Source: an uncultured Acidobacteriaceae bacterium (GTDB lineage Bacteria > Acidobacteriota > Terriglobia > Terriglobales > Acidobacteriaceae). From it: DNA of 64,000 bases. Shown here piece after piece: positions 38,875 through 47,838 of the stretch. The stretch spans positions 39,870 to 103,869 of the forward strand of contig CAVWRV010000005.1 in assembly GCA_963757515.1 (NCBI GenBank), read 5' to 3'. Position 1 is the first letter of the stretch, and each line of letters starts with the position of its first letter. Below the pieces are notes generated by a model that ran no database searches, had not been told where the DNA came from, and saw only the letters and a list, made by a program, of their open reading frames with translations. Position numbers and translations under genes: made by a program.

Positions 38875-39861
38875 ATGTCCGCGCCCCGTTCTCATGGACT
38901 CCCCAGCCCGACGGTCTGTGCGTGGATTGTGATTGCCATGCTGGCCATGGTCGTTATTCCGGCGGCCATCACTCTCGAAACCATACACCAACCCGCTCCG
39001 CTCATGCCTGTCAACCAGAACTCAACACCGCATGGGTACACCTTTAGTCTTCTGCTGTTTATTATTCCCAGCGCGTTGATCGCCGGATGGTTTCTACCAA
39101 GCGAGGGATTGCACATCCCTCGGCGCGCGTTCTATTGGACCCTCGGCATTCTTGTCCCGCTGGGTTGCTTGCTCGATTTTGTTTTCGCGCAGTGGTTCTT
39201 CGACTATCCCAACCGTGGCGCAACCCTGGGTATTTATGCCCCGGCGCTGGGTAGGCCCGTTCCGGTGGAAGAGTACGTTTTCTATTTCACCGGCTTTCTC
39301 ATCGTTCTTCTTTTATATGTTTGGCTGGGAGAGTTCTGGCTGGCGGCTTACAACGTGATCGACTATCCTGGCGAAGCTAACAAGGTGCGCCGGCTGTTAC
39401 AGTTTCATCCCAGGTCGCTGCTTCTGGCGGCAGTGCTGATTGGTGCTGCGTGGTTTTTCAAGAAAAATTTTGCCGTGCCGGACGACCGGCCTGGCTTTCC
39501 CGGCTACTTCACCTTCCTCGTCGCCGGGGCTCTGCTTCCGGCAGCGAGTTTCTTCCCGGTGGCCCGGCGCTTCATCAACTGGCGTGCCCTCAGCCTCACA
39601 CTGTTCTTTATGCTACTTGTCAGCCTGCTTTGGGAAGCGACTCTGGCTGTCCCCTACAACTGGTGGAACTTCCAGCATCGTCAGATGACTGGTATTTTTA
39701 TCGGCGCCTGGTCGGGCCTACCCATCGAAGAAGTTTTCGTTTGGGTTGCGGTTACCTACGCCACGGCAATTGTCTTTGAAGTGGTTAAGGTGTGGCTGGC
39801 GTCAGAACGCTCCGTGCGCGACGCTATGCTGGGCACGAAACGAAGGGCCAAGGATCAGTAA
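38875..39861 (+). CDS. hypothetical polytopic membrane protein
   Basis: 328 aa with ~8 TM helices. No assignable motif. Confidence 0.7.
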   Translation: MSAPRSHGLPSPTVCAWIVIAMLAMVVIPAAITLETIHQPAPLMPVNQNSTPHGYTFSLLLFIIPSALIAGWFLPSEGLHIPRRAFYWTLGILVPLGCLLDFVFAQWFFDYPNRGATLGIYAPALGRPVPVEEYVFYFTGFLIVLLLYVWLGEFWLAAYNVIDYPGEANKVRRLLQFHPRSLLLAAVLIGAAWFFKKNFAVPDDRPGFPGYFTFLVAGALLPAASFFPVARRFINWRALSLTLFFMLLVSLLWEATLAVPYNWWNFQHRQMTGIFIGAWSGLPIEEVFVWVAVTYATAIVFEVVKVWLASERSVRDAMLGTKRRAKDQ

Positions 39862-39901
39862 CTTCCGCAAGCAGCTAGGTCATCGGGCGGAGGAGGAAAA
39901 T

Positions 39902-40501
39902 ATGTTTCAAACCGATGAATCCCTTTCGACAGTCACTACAATTAGAACCATGAGCTCTCCCATTCAAACGATTCCCGTGCGCCGCATCACCGGCGAAGAA
40001 ACGAACCTCGGCGAGTATAGCGGCAAGGTTCTCCTGGTCGTCAACGTTGCTTCCAAGTGCGGACTTACCAAGCAGTATGAATCTCTGGAAAGGCTTTATC
40101 GTGATTACCGCGATCGCGGCCTCGTGGTCGTCGGTTTTCCGGCGAACGATTTCAAAGGCCAGGAGCCTGGCAGCAACGCTGAAATCGCGAATTTTTGCAG
40201 CGGCAACTTTGGCGTCGACTTTCCCCTGTTTGAAAAGATCACCGTGGTTGGGGAAGGGAAGCACCCGCTCTACAAGGAGCTGATCGCAGCCCAGCCGAAG
40301 TCCACCAGCACCTCCGAGGTCCCGTTCAGCGAGGACTTGAAGCGCTACGGGATCCAGCCGAATCCGGAGCCGGAAATACTCTGGAATTTCGAGAAGTTTC
40401 TGGTCGGCCGGCACGGCCAGGTAACCGCCCGCTTTTCTCCCAACACCACACCCGACGATCCGGCGCTGGTGAGGGCGATCGAAGCGGAACTAGCCAATTG
40501 A
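39902..40501 (+). CDS. glutathione peroxidase
   Basis: GGAGGAGGA SD before ATG 39902. GPx motifs VLLVVNVASKCGLT (Cys-type), FPANDF, W…NFEKFLV. Confidence 0.9.
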   Translation: MFQTDESLSTVTTIRTMSSPIQTIPVRRITGEETNLGEYSGKVLLVVNVASKCGLTKQYESLERLYRDYRDRGLVVVGFPANDFKGQEPGSNAEIANFCSGNFGVDFPLFEKITVVGEGKHPLYKELIAAQPKSTSTSEVPFSEDLKRYGIQPNPEPEILWNFEKFLVGRHGQVTARFSPNTTPDDPALVRAIEAELAN

Positions 40502-40511
40502 GGAAGACACG

Positions 40512-40691
40512 ATGCACCCCGAAGAGGTCTTCATGTTGTTCGTGGAGGCGATCAATCGTCACGACGTGCAAGCCTTAACATGGCAGACGCCTGCTGCCTG
40601 GAAGGCCGTGATTCGTGAGAGCAAGATGATGGAATGGCGCGTGTTCGCAGACAACAAGCCGGTGTACGAGATTCTGGCGAAGCGGAACTAG
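40512..40691 (+). CDS. 59-aa ORF resembling only the N-terminus of an NTF2/SnoaL-like protein (possible remnant)
   Basis: GAGGAAG SD. EVFMLFVEAINRHDVQAL is a typical NTF2-like N-terminal helix. Ends 30 nt before the R2 repeat. Confidence 0.3.
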   Translation: MHPEEVFMLFVEAINRHDVQALTWQTPAAWKAVIRESKMMEWRVFADNKPVYEILAKRN

Positions 40692-40721
40692 TGGTGTGTC
40701 TCACGCAGATTATCGCTTATC

Positions 40722-41216
40722 TGCAGTGAAGGGTACGGGCTTTACAGGCTGCGGAAAAACCCAATGTTTTTGAAGGGTACGACCTTTAGGTCGTACGTAA
40801 ACTATTGCAAACAGGTGCGGCTTTAGCCGCTGAGGGAACAACTCTCGCCCTCCAGGACTTTTTCCGCAGCCTGTTCAGCCCGTACATATAAAGGAGGCGA
40901 AAACGATGGGCTTTAGAGTCTGCGTGAGAGCTCTGCACTGAGTCTCGAAGGGGCGGCTGAACTTGGGGCTAAAATTTCAGCCGTCCCTGGCGGGACTAAT
41001 CCAGATTCGTGCCTGCTACCCAGGACTATCGTCCTGGGTTACTTTCAGCCCGTCCCTTCGGGACTCGGTGCAGAGCTCTCACGCAGCTCCTTAGCCCCTG
41101 AGGCAAGCTTTTCGTCTGCGATATGCTGAAAAGCATGCCTCAGCGGCTAAAGCCGATTTCGTTCAAAGCAGTTACGTACGACCTGAAGGCCGTACCCTTT
41201 TTAGCCCCTGAGGGAA
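40722..41216. repeat. R2-family composite palindromic element (copy 2, expanded)
   Basis: Shares the first ~150 bp with 20444-20600. Carries extra nested palindromes (ctgcgtgagagctctgcac…gtgcagagctctcacgcag, ccaggactatcgtcctgg, gtcccttcgggac) and a second cctcagcggctaaagccg copy. Confidence 0.75.
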
Positions 41217-41381
41217 CGCGCGGCCCACCGGAGTTGATTCTGAATGCCCTCAAAATGGACCTGAGTATTGACGCACTACACCAGCCAACTGTGAGCCGAA
41301 TTACTGCCGGATTGCCACCAACAGTTCAAAGAACAGCGGTATATTTTCATGCGATAATCCCAGCCAAGCCATTCTGCGGCG

Positions 41382-41969
41382 ATGAGATTGCATGGAAAGG
41401 GTGTCGGTTTGGCGTTAAAAAGGCGGGAGGTTCTGCATCTTTTAGCCTGTGCGACCGGATCTGCATTCGCCGCTGGCGATCGCTTGGCCGCGCAAGCGAC
41501 ACCAGAGCGCAAGAGCCCGATAGAACCGCAGCCCCAGTCTCAACTTAATCCCGTTCATCCTCAGGCCGTTTCCCATGAAGACATTCAGATGGAGAAGGTA
41601 CTAGGCATCGGCGGACTGTTTTTTAGGGCCCAAGACCCGGCGGCCCTAGGTCATTGGTATCAAGAACACCTGGGCATTTCCTTGACGCCGCAGAACTACC
41701 ATGAGTCTGTCTGGCAAACCGAAGCTGGTCCTACCGTGTTCACCCCATTTCCTCTTAAAAGCAAGTATTTCGGCGATCCGAAACAGACGTGGATGGTCAA
41801 TTTCCGGGTGCGAAATCTGGACAGGATGGTCGCACAGCTACGGGGGGCGGGAATCACCGTTGACGTTGATCCGCAGGAATATCCAAACGGGCGCTTTGCC
41901 CGCCTTCACGATCCAGAGGGAAATCCAATCGAACTGTGGCAACCAGCAGGATCCGGCGCAACAACATAG
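41382..41969 (+). CDS. VOC-family (glyoxalase/bleomycin-resistance fold) protein with Tat-like signal
   Basis: RR-motif leader (KRREVLHLLACATGSAFAAG). VOC core IGGLFFRAQDP…FARLHDPEGNPIELWQP. Confidence 0.7.
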   Translation: MRLHGKGVGLALKRREVLHLLACATGSAFAAGDRLAAQATPERKSPIEPQPQSQLNPVHPQAVSHEDIQMEKVLGIGGLFFRAQDPAALGHWYQEHLGISLTPQNYHESVWQTEAGPTVFTPFPLKSKYFGDPKQTWMVNFRVRNLDRMVAQLRGAGITVDVDPQEYPNGRFARLHDPEGNPIELWQPAGSGATT

Positions 41970-42088
41970 AATTTTGCGAAATGGCGGGGCAGCCTCTCCG
42001 AAGCGTCCTTCCGGATTGACGGCCAGCTGCCCAGAGACATTCAGCCGAGCACACAGCCGCTCGGCCATTTTGTCGGGCGCAGATGCTT

Positions 42089-42631
42089 TCAGTCTGCCCC
42101 CTGAAGTCCTAGCCATTTGCCTTTGCTGAAGTACAAAATTATGGATGCCTTCTCGCATATTCCAACATCGACGCCGTTATGATCCAGCGGTGGGAGAGAC
42201 TTAAGTTCCGCCGGCGCATATGCCTGTGCATGATCGACAATGTATTTCGGTGTTGCAATGCCGACCGTCACTTCACATTTATCCGCCTGGGGTGCAGGAT
42301 CGAATCCACCTCGGAAGATGATCTCTCCCTTCCATGCTCCCTTTGATCTTGAATAAACGAGGACGTTCTGGGTTTTGAGTGAAGGAGTATGGCAAACAAT
42401 GGCGTAGTCAACAGATGTGCGCGACCAGAAATGGCTCATCGTGTAGGCTGCATCCTCATTCTCAGTAGCACCTTTGTATTTCGGAATGAGGCATTGTCGC
42501 TTAGTGAGGTCCTGGCGAACTTCCGTAGGGAGCTGCTGAATGGATTCAGGCGTTCTTTCCTTGGCGACCGGGTCAAAGACCTGTCCTAAAGCAGAACTTG
42601 CTAGCAGACAGAAAATAAAAAGCTTACTCAT
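42089..42631 (-). CDS. secreted hypothetical protein (low-GC)
   Basis: Signal peptide MSKLFIFCLLASSALGQ. ~47% GC. Confidence 0.55.
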   Translation of the reverse strand: MSKLFIFCLLASSALGQVFDPVAKERTPESIQQLPTEVRQDLTKRQCLIPKYKGATENEDAAYTMSHFWSRTSVDYAIVCHTPSLKTQNVLVYSRSKGAWKGEIIFRGGFDPAPQADKCEVTVGIATPKYIVDHAQAYAPAELKSLPPLDHNGVDVGICEKASIILYFSKGKWLGLQGAD

Positions 42632-42895
42632 GCGATCATTGTCGCGCCAGAATTTCCTGACTGGAAAACAATAAAAACCTTCCTGCGCTGTTTGTTGGAC
42701 AGCAATCCCGTACGCCAGCCATTGCCCAATGAACTTAGCCAGTGATTCCTGGCGGTGAGGTCGGCAATTTGGAAGTTTGGCTATGGGCCGCCTTAATGAG
42801 CGCAAAATCTCTAGTGCCGTATCGACAGCGCTCCGCGCGGAGAGATCTTGCGTTTGCTGGAGAGCTTGACGCGGTCCGTGGCTCAGATGTGCGGC

Positions 42896-43363
42896 TCATG
42901 CCGCGCTCGGTTGCGTCACTATGCCATTCCTCGCTTCAATCGCCTTAATGCTGTTTACGAATGCCTTCTCCAGAAGGCTCCTGCCAATGGTTTCGAGGAC
43001 GAAACCGAGCAGGTGCCCTTTGAGGTTTTTGCCCTCGCGTGTGACCGCAACGTCAATGTCGGTGGTGCCGTCGGAATGACGAATAAATGTGTAGTTATGG
43101 CCAGAGGCGCCGCCCCATATGTTGGAGTCTGTGGTGGTGAGGACGACATTGTTCGGTTCGGACCAGTCGTAATGCAGCCGCTCCCACACGCCTCCGGAGC
43201 CTTCGGTGACGTCAGCTTGGGCATGGCCAAGCTGATGCACCTGGAGATATTCGTCGGTGCTGTTTCCGAACAGCGCTGATCGGCCGGGCCCAAAATCAGT
43301 AAGACCAGCGATGTACTGCTCGGGCGTAAGAAATGTGGTCTGGTGAAGGTGGATGGTAGCCAT
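42896..43363 (-). CDS. hypothetical protein, possibly SRPBCC/START-like fold
   Basis: 155 aa. GGAGGA SD. Divergent from the TetR gene. Confidence 0.55.
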   Translation of the reverse strand: MATIHLHQTTFLTPEQYIAGLTDFGPGRSALFGNSTDEYLQVHQLGHAQADVTEGSGGVWERLHYDWSEPNNVVLTTTDSNIWGGASGHNYTFIRHSDGTTDIDVAVTREGKNLKGHLLGFVLETIGRSLLEKAFVNSIKAIEARNGIVTQPSAA

Positions 43364-43408
43364 GTTTCCTCCCTGTGCCCATCTATGACGGGCGTCCTAC
43401 ATTTTGAT

Positions 43409-43422
43409 ATGATGATCATCAT
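43409..43422. promoter_or_regulatory. perfect 14-bp palindrome ATGATGATCATCAT in the divergent intergenic region (candidate TetR operator)
   Basis: Read directly. Ends 2 nt before the TetR ATG (43425). Confidence 0.4.
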
Positions 43423-43424
43423 GA

Positions 43425-43988
43425 ATGGGGGATTCAGAAAAGATGCGTTACCCAGCCAAAGAAACCGCCGCCAGGCATGAACTCATAGTGAAAGAGGCCT
43501 CGCGCCTCTTCCGCGAACGGGGATTCGAAAACGTCACTGTTGGCGAGGTAATGAAGGCCGCAGGCCTTACACATGGCGCGTTCTACGCGCACTTCACCTC
43601 CAAGCAAGAGCTTCAGGAGGCTGCAGTTGCGTACGGCCAGGAAGTCTCGAGAGACCGCGCTCAAAGTGACGGCGCAACAAAAAAAGGTAGACGTGCCTAC
43701 GCTGAACGTTACCTGGCTGTCCGACACCGTGATAATCCCGGTTATGGCTGCACTATGGCTGCACTGGGGCCTGAAGTAGCTCGCTCCACACCTGAACTCA
43801 AGGCAACGTTCGAGAGGGGACTGGAGGAGATTCTCGCCGCAAGAGGCGGAGATCGTGAAGAAGCCATCTTTCAGACAGCCGCATTATTAGGCGGAATCGT
43901 GCTGGCACGCGCGGTAAAAGATCCGCAACTTTCGGATGAGATTCTAGAGAGCGTTCGGCAGAACCTCAATTGCAATGGTTCCCGTTGA
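43425..43988 (+). CDS. TetR-family transcriptional regulator
   Basis: HTH IVKEASRLFRERGFENVTVGEVMKAAGLTHGAFYAHF. Confidence 0.9.
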   Translation: MGDSEKMRYPAKETAARHELIVKEASRLFRERGFENVTVGEVMKAAGLTHGAFYAHFTSKQELQEAAVAYGQEVSRDRAQSDGATKKGRRAYAERYLAVRHRDNPGYGCTMAALGPEVARSTPELKATFERGLEEILAARGGDREEAIFQTAALLGGIVLARAVKDPQLSDEILESVRQNLNCNGSR

Positions 43989-44006
43989 ATCGCGAAACGA
44001 GAAAGC

Positions 44007-45008
44007 TTAATCAGAGAAATCCAGCAAGACCTTTTCCTGTCCTGCCTCACCATCGGCGAGGCTTACTGCCTCTTGGAAGTCTTTAACTGAATACCGCACA
44101 CTCGCCGGCGGCGTAAGTGCTCCCTTCGATAACATGGTGAGAAGATCGCTCGTCGCTGCTCGCACTTCGTCGAGCGGCTGGGAAGGCACCCAACGCGGAA
44201 GCCACCAGCCGCGAACCGTTGCTGTGGAATAAATCAACCGCGGAGCAAAGAGCGGCATGAGGAATTTCGCGGGATCCGTCTGCCGATGACTGGAAAGGGC
44301 TCCATACACAAGCATGGTTCCGGCGGGAGCGAGGTTGCGGGCAATCTCGGCGCCAAGGTCTCCGGCAACGCAGTCAATCGCTCGTTCAACGCCCTTGCCC
44401 GCGGTCAATTCCTGCAGGCGTGACCTGAGATCCTCGTCGGCTGTGCAGATGACCTCATCGCCTCCGAGGTTGCGTATGATTGACTCCTGCTCGCGCCGCC
44501 GGATGACGTTGATTGTCTTGAATCGATACTGCTGCGCCAGTTGAAGCACGAACTTCCCCACGCTGGATGCAGCCGCCGTCTGCAGAAGCCAGTCGCCCTC
44601 CTTGAGCCTGTGAGTTGATATGGTCAATGCCCATGCCGTCAAAGGATTGATGTAGGAAGCGGCGGCGGCCGAATCGTCCAGGCCGTCTGGAACGGGCACG
44701 AGTTTGTCCGCTGGGCACACGATCTGCTCGCGCCAGGTGTTCCATGTGTTAACAAAAACTACGCGCGTTCCAGCCATCGGACCTTGCACGCCCGGACCTA
44801 CGGCCTCCACAATCCCCACCCCTTCAATGCCCGGGCTGGCCGGCAACTCCGGCTGATAGCCATAGCGCCCGCGCACCATGTGCAGGTCGGATGCGTTGAT
44901 CGGGCTGAGCAGCACTCGGACGAGCACTTCGCCGGGGGCTAAAGGCGGAGTAGGGATTTCTGCCAGTTCCAGTACGCTCTTCGGTTCACCGGTCTCGCGA
45001 AAGATCAA
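44007..45008 (-). CDS. zinc-independent MDR-superfamily NAD(P)H quinone oxidoreductase / enoyl reductase-like
   Basis: 333 aa. GroES-like N-terminus. Rossmann AASSVGKFVLQLA. Confidence 0.9.
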   Translation of the reverse strand: MIFRETGEPKSVLELAEIPTPPLAPGEVLVRVLLSPINASDLHMVRGRYGYQPELPASPGIEGVGIVEAVGPGVQGPMAGTRVVFVNTWNTWREQIVCPADKLVPVPDGLDDSAAAASYINPLTAWALTISTHRLKEGDWLLQTAAASSVGKFVLQLAQQYRFKTINVIRRREQESIIRNLGGDEVICTADEDLRSRLQELTAGKGVERAIDCVAGDLGAEIARNLAPAGTMLVYGALSSHRQTDPAKFLMPLFAPRLIYSTATVRGWWLPRWVPSQPLDEVRAATSDLLTMLSKGALTPPASVRYSVKDFQEAVSLADGEAGQEKVLLDFSD

Positions 45009-45247
45009 TGCTCTTCATCTAGTACCTCCTGGCTCTTGGGCGATGGCTGATTCCGGCCGAATGTTCTGGTTCTTCGGGAATAAGAATCGGAGTTGGCGAT
45101 GGAGGAGAACATCTCCGTCAAAGCTGAGAAATGCTGCACCCAAATTGGCTGAACGATACATTCCGCAGCGTCATTTGCCATGTACTCCTTCATCTGCGGG
45201 GAGAATTTTTGTGTACGGAGGAGTCTCATGTCAATGGCTAGCCGGTT

Positions 45248-45790
45248 TTACGACCTGCCGGGCCGAGAAACCAGAAGACGGCCCCCTGAGGCAAGTGTGA
45301 GCCGGGACGGCGGCGAGATCGCACTCAGATTCAACGCATTTAGATGCGCTGCCTCACGGCCACCCAAGACAACAACTGCTTCGTAATCGCCTGACGGGAC
45401 TTCAGAGAATGCGAAGCTGCCGTCCACAGCAGTGCGCGCCACCAGTTCGCCATGTCCGCCGACCAAGTGTATCTCTGCTGAGCGCAGCGGCCGACCGAAC
45501 GCATCGGTCAGAGCTCCCTTCCATGCACTTGCCTCACCAGCCGGCAATTGCGTCTTCAGGTAAACGGACCGTTCATTTGGATTCTGCGTTGGTATGTAAA
45601 CAATGGGGTTTTGTCCGCCAACAACATTCCTGCTCTCGGGTAATATCGCCGGCGCGTGGACTTTGATGGGTTCGCGGCTGCGGCCGGCCAGGGGGGAGGC
45701 TGTCGTTCGCTCGCTCCCACTGAGGTGGACCCGGAAGCCTCCTCGGGCTCTGATCGGGCAAAGAGTAAGGCGCTCTCTTGAATTGAACAA
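45248..45790 (-). pseudogene. partial duplicate (C-terminal CarboxypepD_reg-like domain only) of gene 51589..52545
   Basis: Nucleotide block 45241-45752 is ~90% identical to 51582-52088. The N-terminal 45 codons are unrelated. Confidence 0.5.
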
Positions 45791-45796
45791 AACAGG

Positions 45797-45836
45797 TTGA
45801 CGGGATCACATCGTATCTGTATATACTGTCTATACA
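45797..45836 (+). promoter_or_regulatory. promoter with inverted-repeat operator upstream of the YtrA-like GntR gene
   Basis: TTGACG, 17-nt spacer, TATATA. Imperfect palindrome TGTATATACtgtcTATACACA directly before the ATG (45840). Confidence 0.45.
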
Positions 45837-45839
45837 CAG

Positions 45840-46241
45840 ATGTACGGAACCTTTACACTCTCGCAGTCGGATAAGCGCCCCATGTACTTCCAGATCATGG
45901 AGCAAATCAAGCAACGGATTATGGTCGGTGACTGGGCGGAAGGTCAGCCCATCCCTTCTATCCGCCAACTTGCCGTCGATCTTCAGGTAAGCGTCATCAC
46001 TGTCAAGCGTGCCTATTACGAACTGGAACGCGAAGGCGTCATCGTCACTCAGCATGGCAAGGGTTCACACGTAGCGTCTACTCCGGGCTTGGGTGCTCGC
46101 TTGCGCGAGCAGGAGTTGGAGCAGCATTTAGAGCAGGCTGCTCGCATCGCATCGCAACTGGGCATGCCGCCCAAACGACTGGTAGAACGGTTGCGCGAAG
46201 CCGGAGACCGGGTAGCGGAAAAGGATAAGGAACTCATATGA
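45840..46241 (+). CDS. GntR-family (YtrA subfamily) transcriptional regulator
   Basis: 133 aa. HTH …PSIRQLAVDLQVSVITVKRAYYELEREGVIVT…. Confidence 0.9.
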   Translation: MYGTFTLSQSDKRPMYFQIMEQIKQRIMVGDWAEGQPIPSIRQLAVDLQVSVITVKRAYYELEREGVIVTQHGKGSHVASTPGLGARLREQELEQHLEQAARIASQLGMPPKRLVERLREAGDRVAEKDKELI

Positions 46242-47134
46242 ACGATCTCGCTGTAGAACTGAGCGGAGTCAGCAAGAAGTATCGCTACTTCACGCTCGAA
46301 GATATTCATTTGAAGCTGCCGCGGGGGCAAATCATGGGCCTCATCGGGGCCAATGGCGCGGGCAAGTCCACCACAATCCGCGTCTTGATGGGCCTGGTTC
46401 ATCAGGATTCGGGTGAAGTTCGGGTGCTCGGCCACCGCATGCCCGCCGAACAGGTCGCCGCTAAATGGGACATCGGTTTCGCATCAGAGGACATGCGGCT
46501 ATACGATTCCATGACTCTTGACTGGCACATGAGTTTCATGCGGTCGATTTACCCCAACTGGGACGCCTCTTACGCGCAGCTTCTTCTCAAGCGTTTTGGA
46601 TTGCGCGCGGAGCAGAAGATGAAAGGCCTCTCCCACGGCCAGCGCGTCAAAGCGTCGCTGCTCCTGGTTCTGGCGCGCAAGCCCCAACTGCTGGTGCTGG
46701 ACGAGCCCACGACCGGCCTGGACCCGGTCGCGCGTCACGAGATTCTCCGCGAATTGACCGGCGTCATGGCCGAAGAGGGTCGCAGCATCCTGTTCTCGTC
46801 GCACAACACTCAGGATGTGGAACAGATTTCCGACCAAATCACCTTCATTGATCGCGGCCGCATCATCGACTCCATGGACAAGGAGACCTACCTTGACCGT
46901 TGGCGGCGGCTGCGCCTCGAGGTTCCTTTGGGAATCGAATTGCCGCCGCTGCCCGGAATCGTAGGCGTGCAACGGCAGGGAAGACTGGCAGTCGCCACCT
47001 CCAATGCCTTTGTGCCCGATCTTGCCCATGCCTATGAACACACCGGCGTCCGCGTTCAGAGCATCGAGAGCATGACGCTGGAAGAGATTTTCGTTGCCAA
47101 TGTAGAACACAGCCGCGAGGAGGTGGAAGCGTGA
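46238..47134 (+). CDS. ABC transporter ATP-binding protein
   Basis: Walker A GANGAGKST. Signature LSHGQRVK. Walker B LLVLDEPTTGLD. Start overlaps the GntR stop (ATGA). Confidence 0.95.
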   Translation: MNDLAVELSGVSKKYRYFTLEDIHLKLPRGQIMGLIGANGAGKSTTIRVLMGLVHQDSGEVRVLGHRMPAEQVAAKWDIGFASEDMRLYDSMTLDWHMSFMRSIYPNWDASYAQLLLKRFGLRAEQKMKGLSHGQRVKASLLLVLARKPQLLVLDEPTTGLDPVARHEILRELTGVMAEEGRSILFSSHNTQDVEQISDQITFIDRGRIIDSMDKETYLDRWRRLRLEVPLGIELPPLPGIVGVQRQGRLAVATSNAFVPDLAHAYEHTGVRVQSIESMTLEEIFVANVEHSREEVEA

Positions 47135-47805
47135 GAAGCTCCGTCATCGGTCATCTGATTTTGAAAGATTGGCGCCTCAACCGCCTGCTCATCTCGCTTT
47201 CCATTGGCATCGGCCTGGTCGCGTTGGTGTTGGCGCAATACGCGGGACAAGTCGTTCGTCTTCTGGGCACCGTATGGTTCTTTGTGTCGCTGTGTATTCT
47301 CGGCAGCATGCTGCCAGGCGCAGCCATCCTGAACGAGCGGAAAAAACAGACGTTGGCGTTTGTCATGAGCCTTCCCGTTTCTTCGGTTCAGTACTCGATC
47401 GCGAAAGCTTTGTCGGTTTCGGCCATGTTCCTGGTCCCTTGGCTCACGCTGCTAATCTCAGCGCTGATTTTCATTGAGACGGGTCACGCGATGCCTCACG
47501 GAATCATTCCAATGTTGCTCATTCTCGCCATGCTGCCTTTGATCGGTTTTTGCCTCATCTCTGCCGCCGCGCTGGTAGGAGAATCGGAGGGCTGGCTCAT
47601 GGCGGCCAGCATTCTCTGCAATTCCTCATACTGGCTTGTTTGGTACTTTCTGGCCCGCATCCCATCGCTCACAGCGAATTGGACTGGCCCGGTGGCGGTC
47701 TGGAATTCGGCGGCTCTCACCGTCCTCTCGATGGAGCTTGGATTGATCGCGTCCATCGTCGGTATCGCGTTATTCCTCCAATCCAGGAAGCGCGATTTCA
47801 TTTAG
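47131..47805 (+). CDS. ABC-2-type membrane permease-like protein
   Basis: 224 aa, 6 predicted TM helices. 4-nt overlap with the ATPase gene. Confidence 0.7.
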   Translation: MRSSVIGHLILKDWRLNRLLISLSIGIGLVALVLAQYAGQVVRLLGTVWFFVSLCILGSMLPGAAILNERKKQTLAFVMSLPVSSVQYSIAKALSVSAMFLVPWLTLLISALIFIETGHAMPHGIIPMLLILAMLPLIGFCLISAAALVGESEGWLMAASILCNSSYWLVWYFLARIPSLTANWTGPVAVWNSAALTVLSMELGLIASIVGIALFLQSRKRDFI

Positions 47806-47838
47806 CTGATCTCGATCGAAGACCCGAAAGGAAATGCC

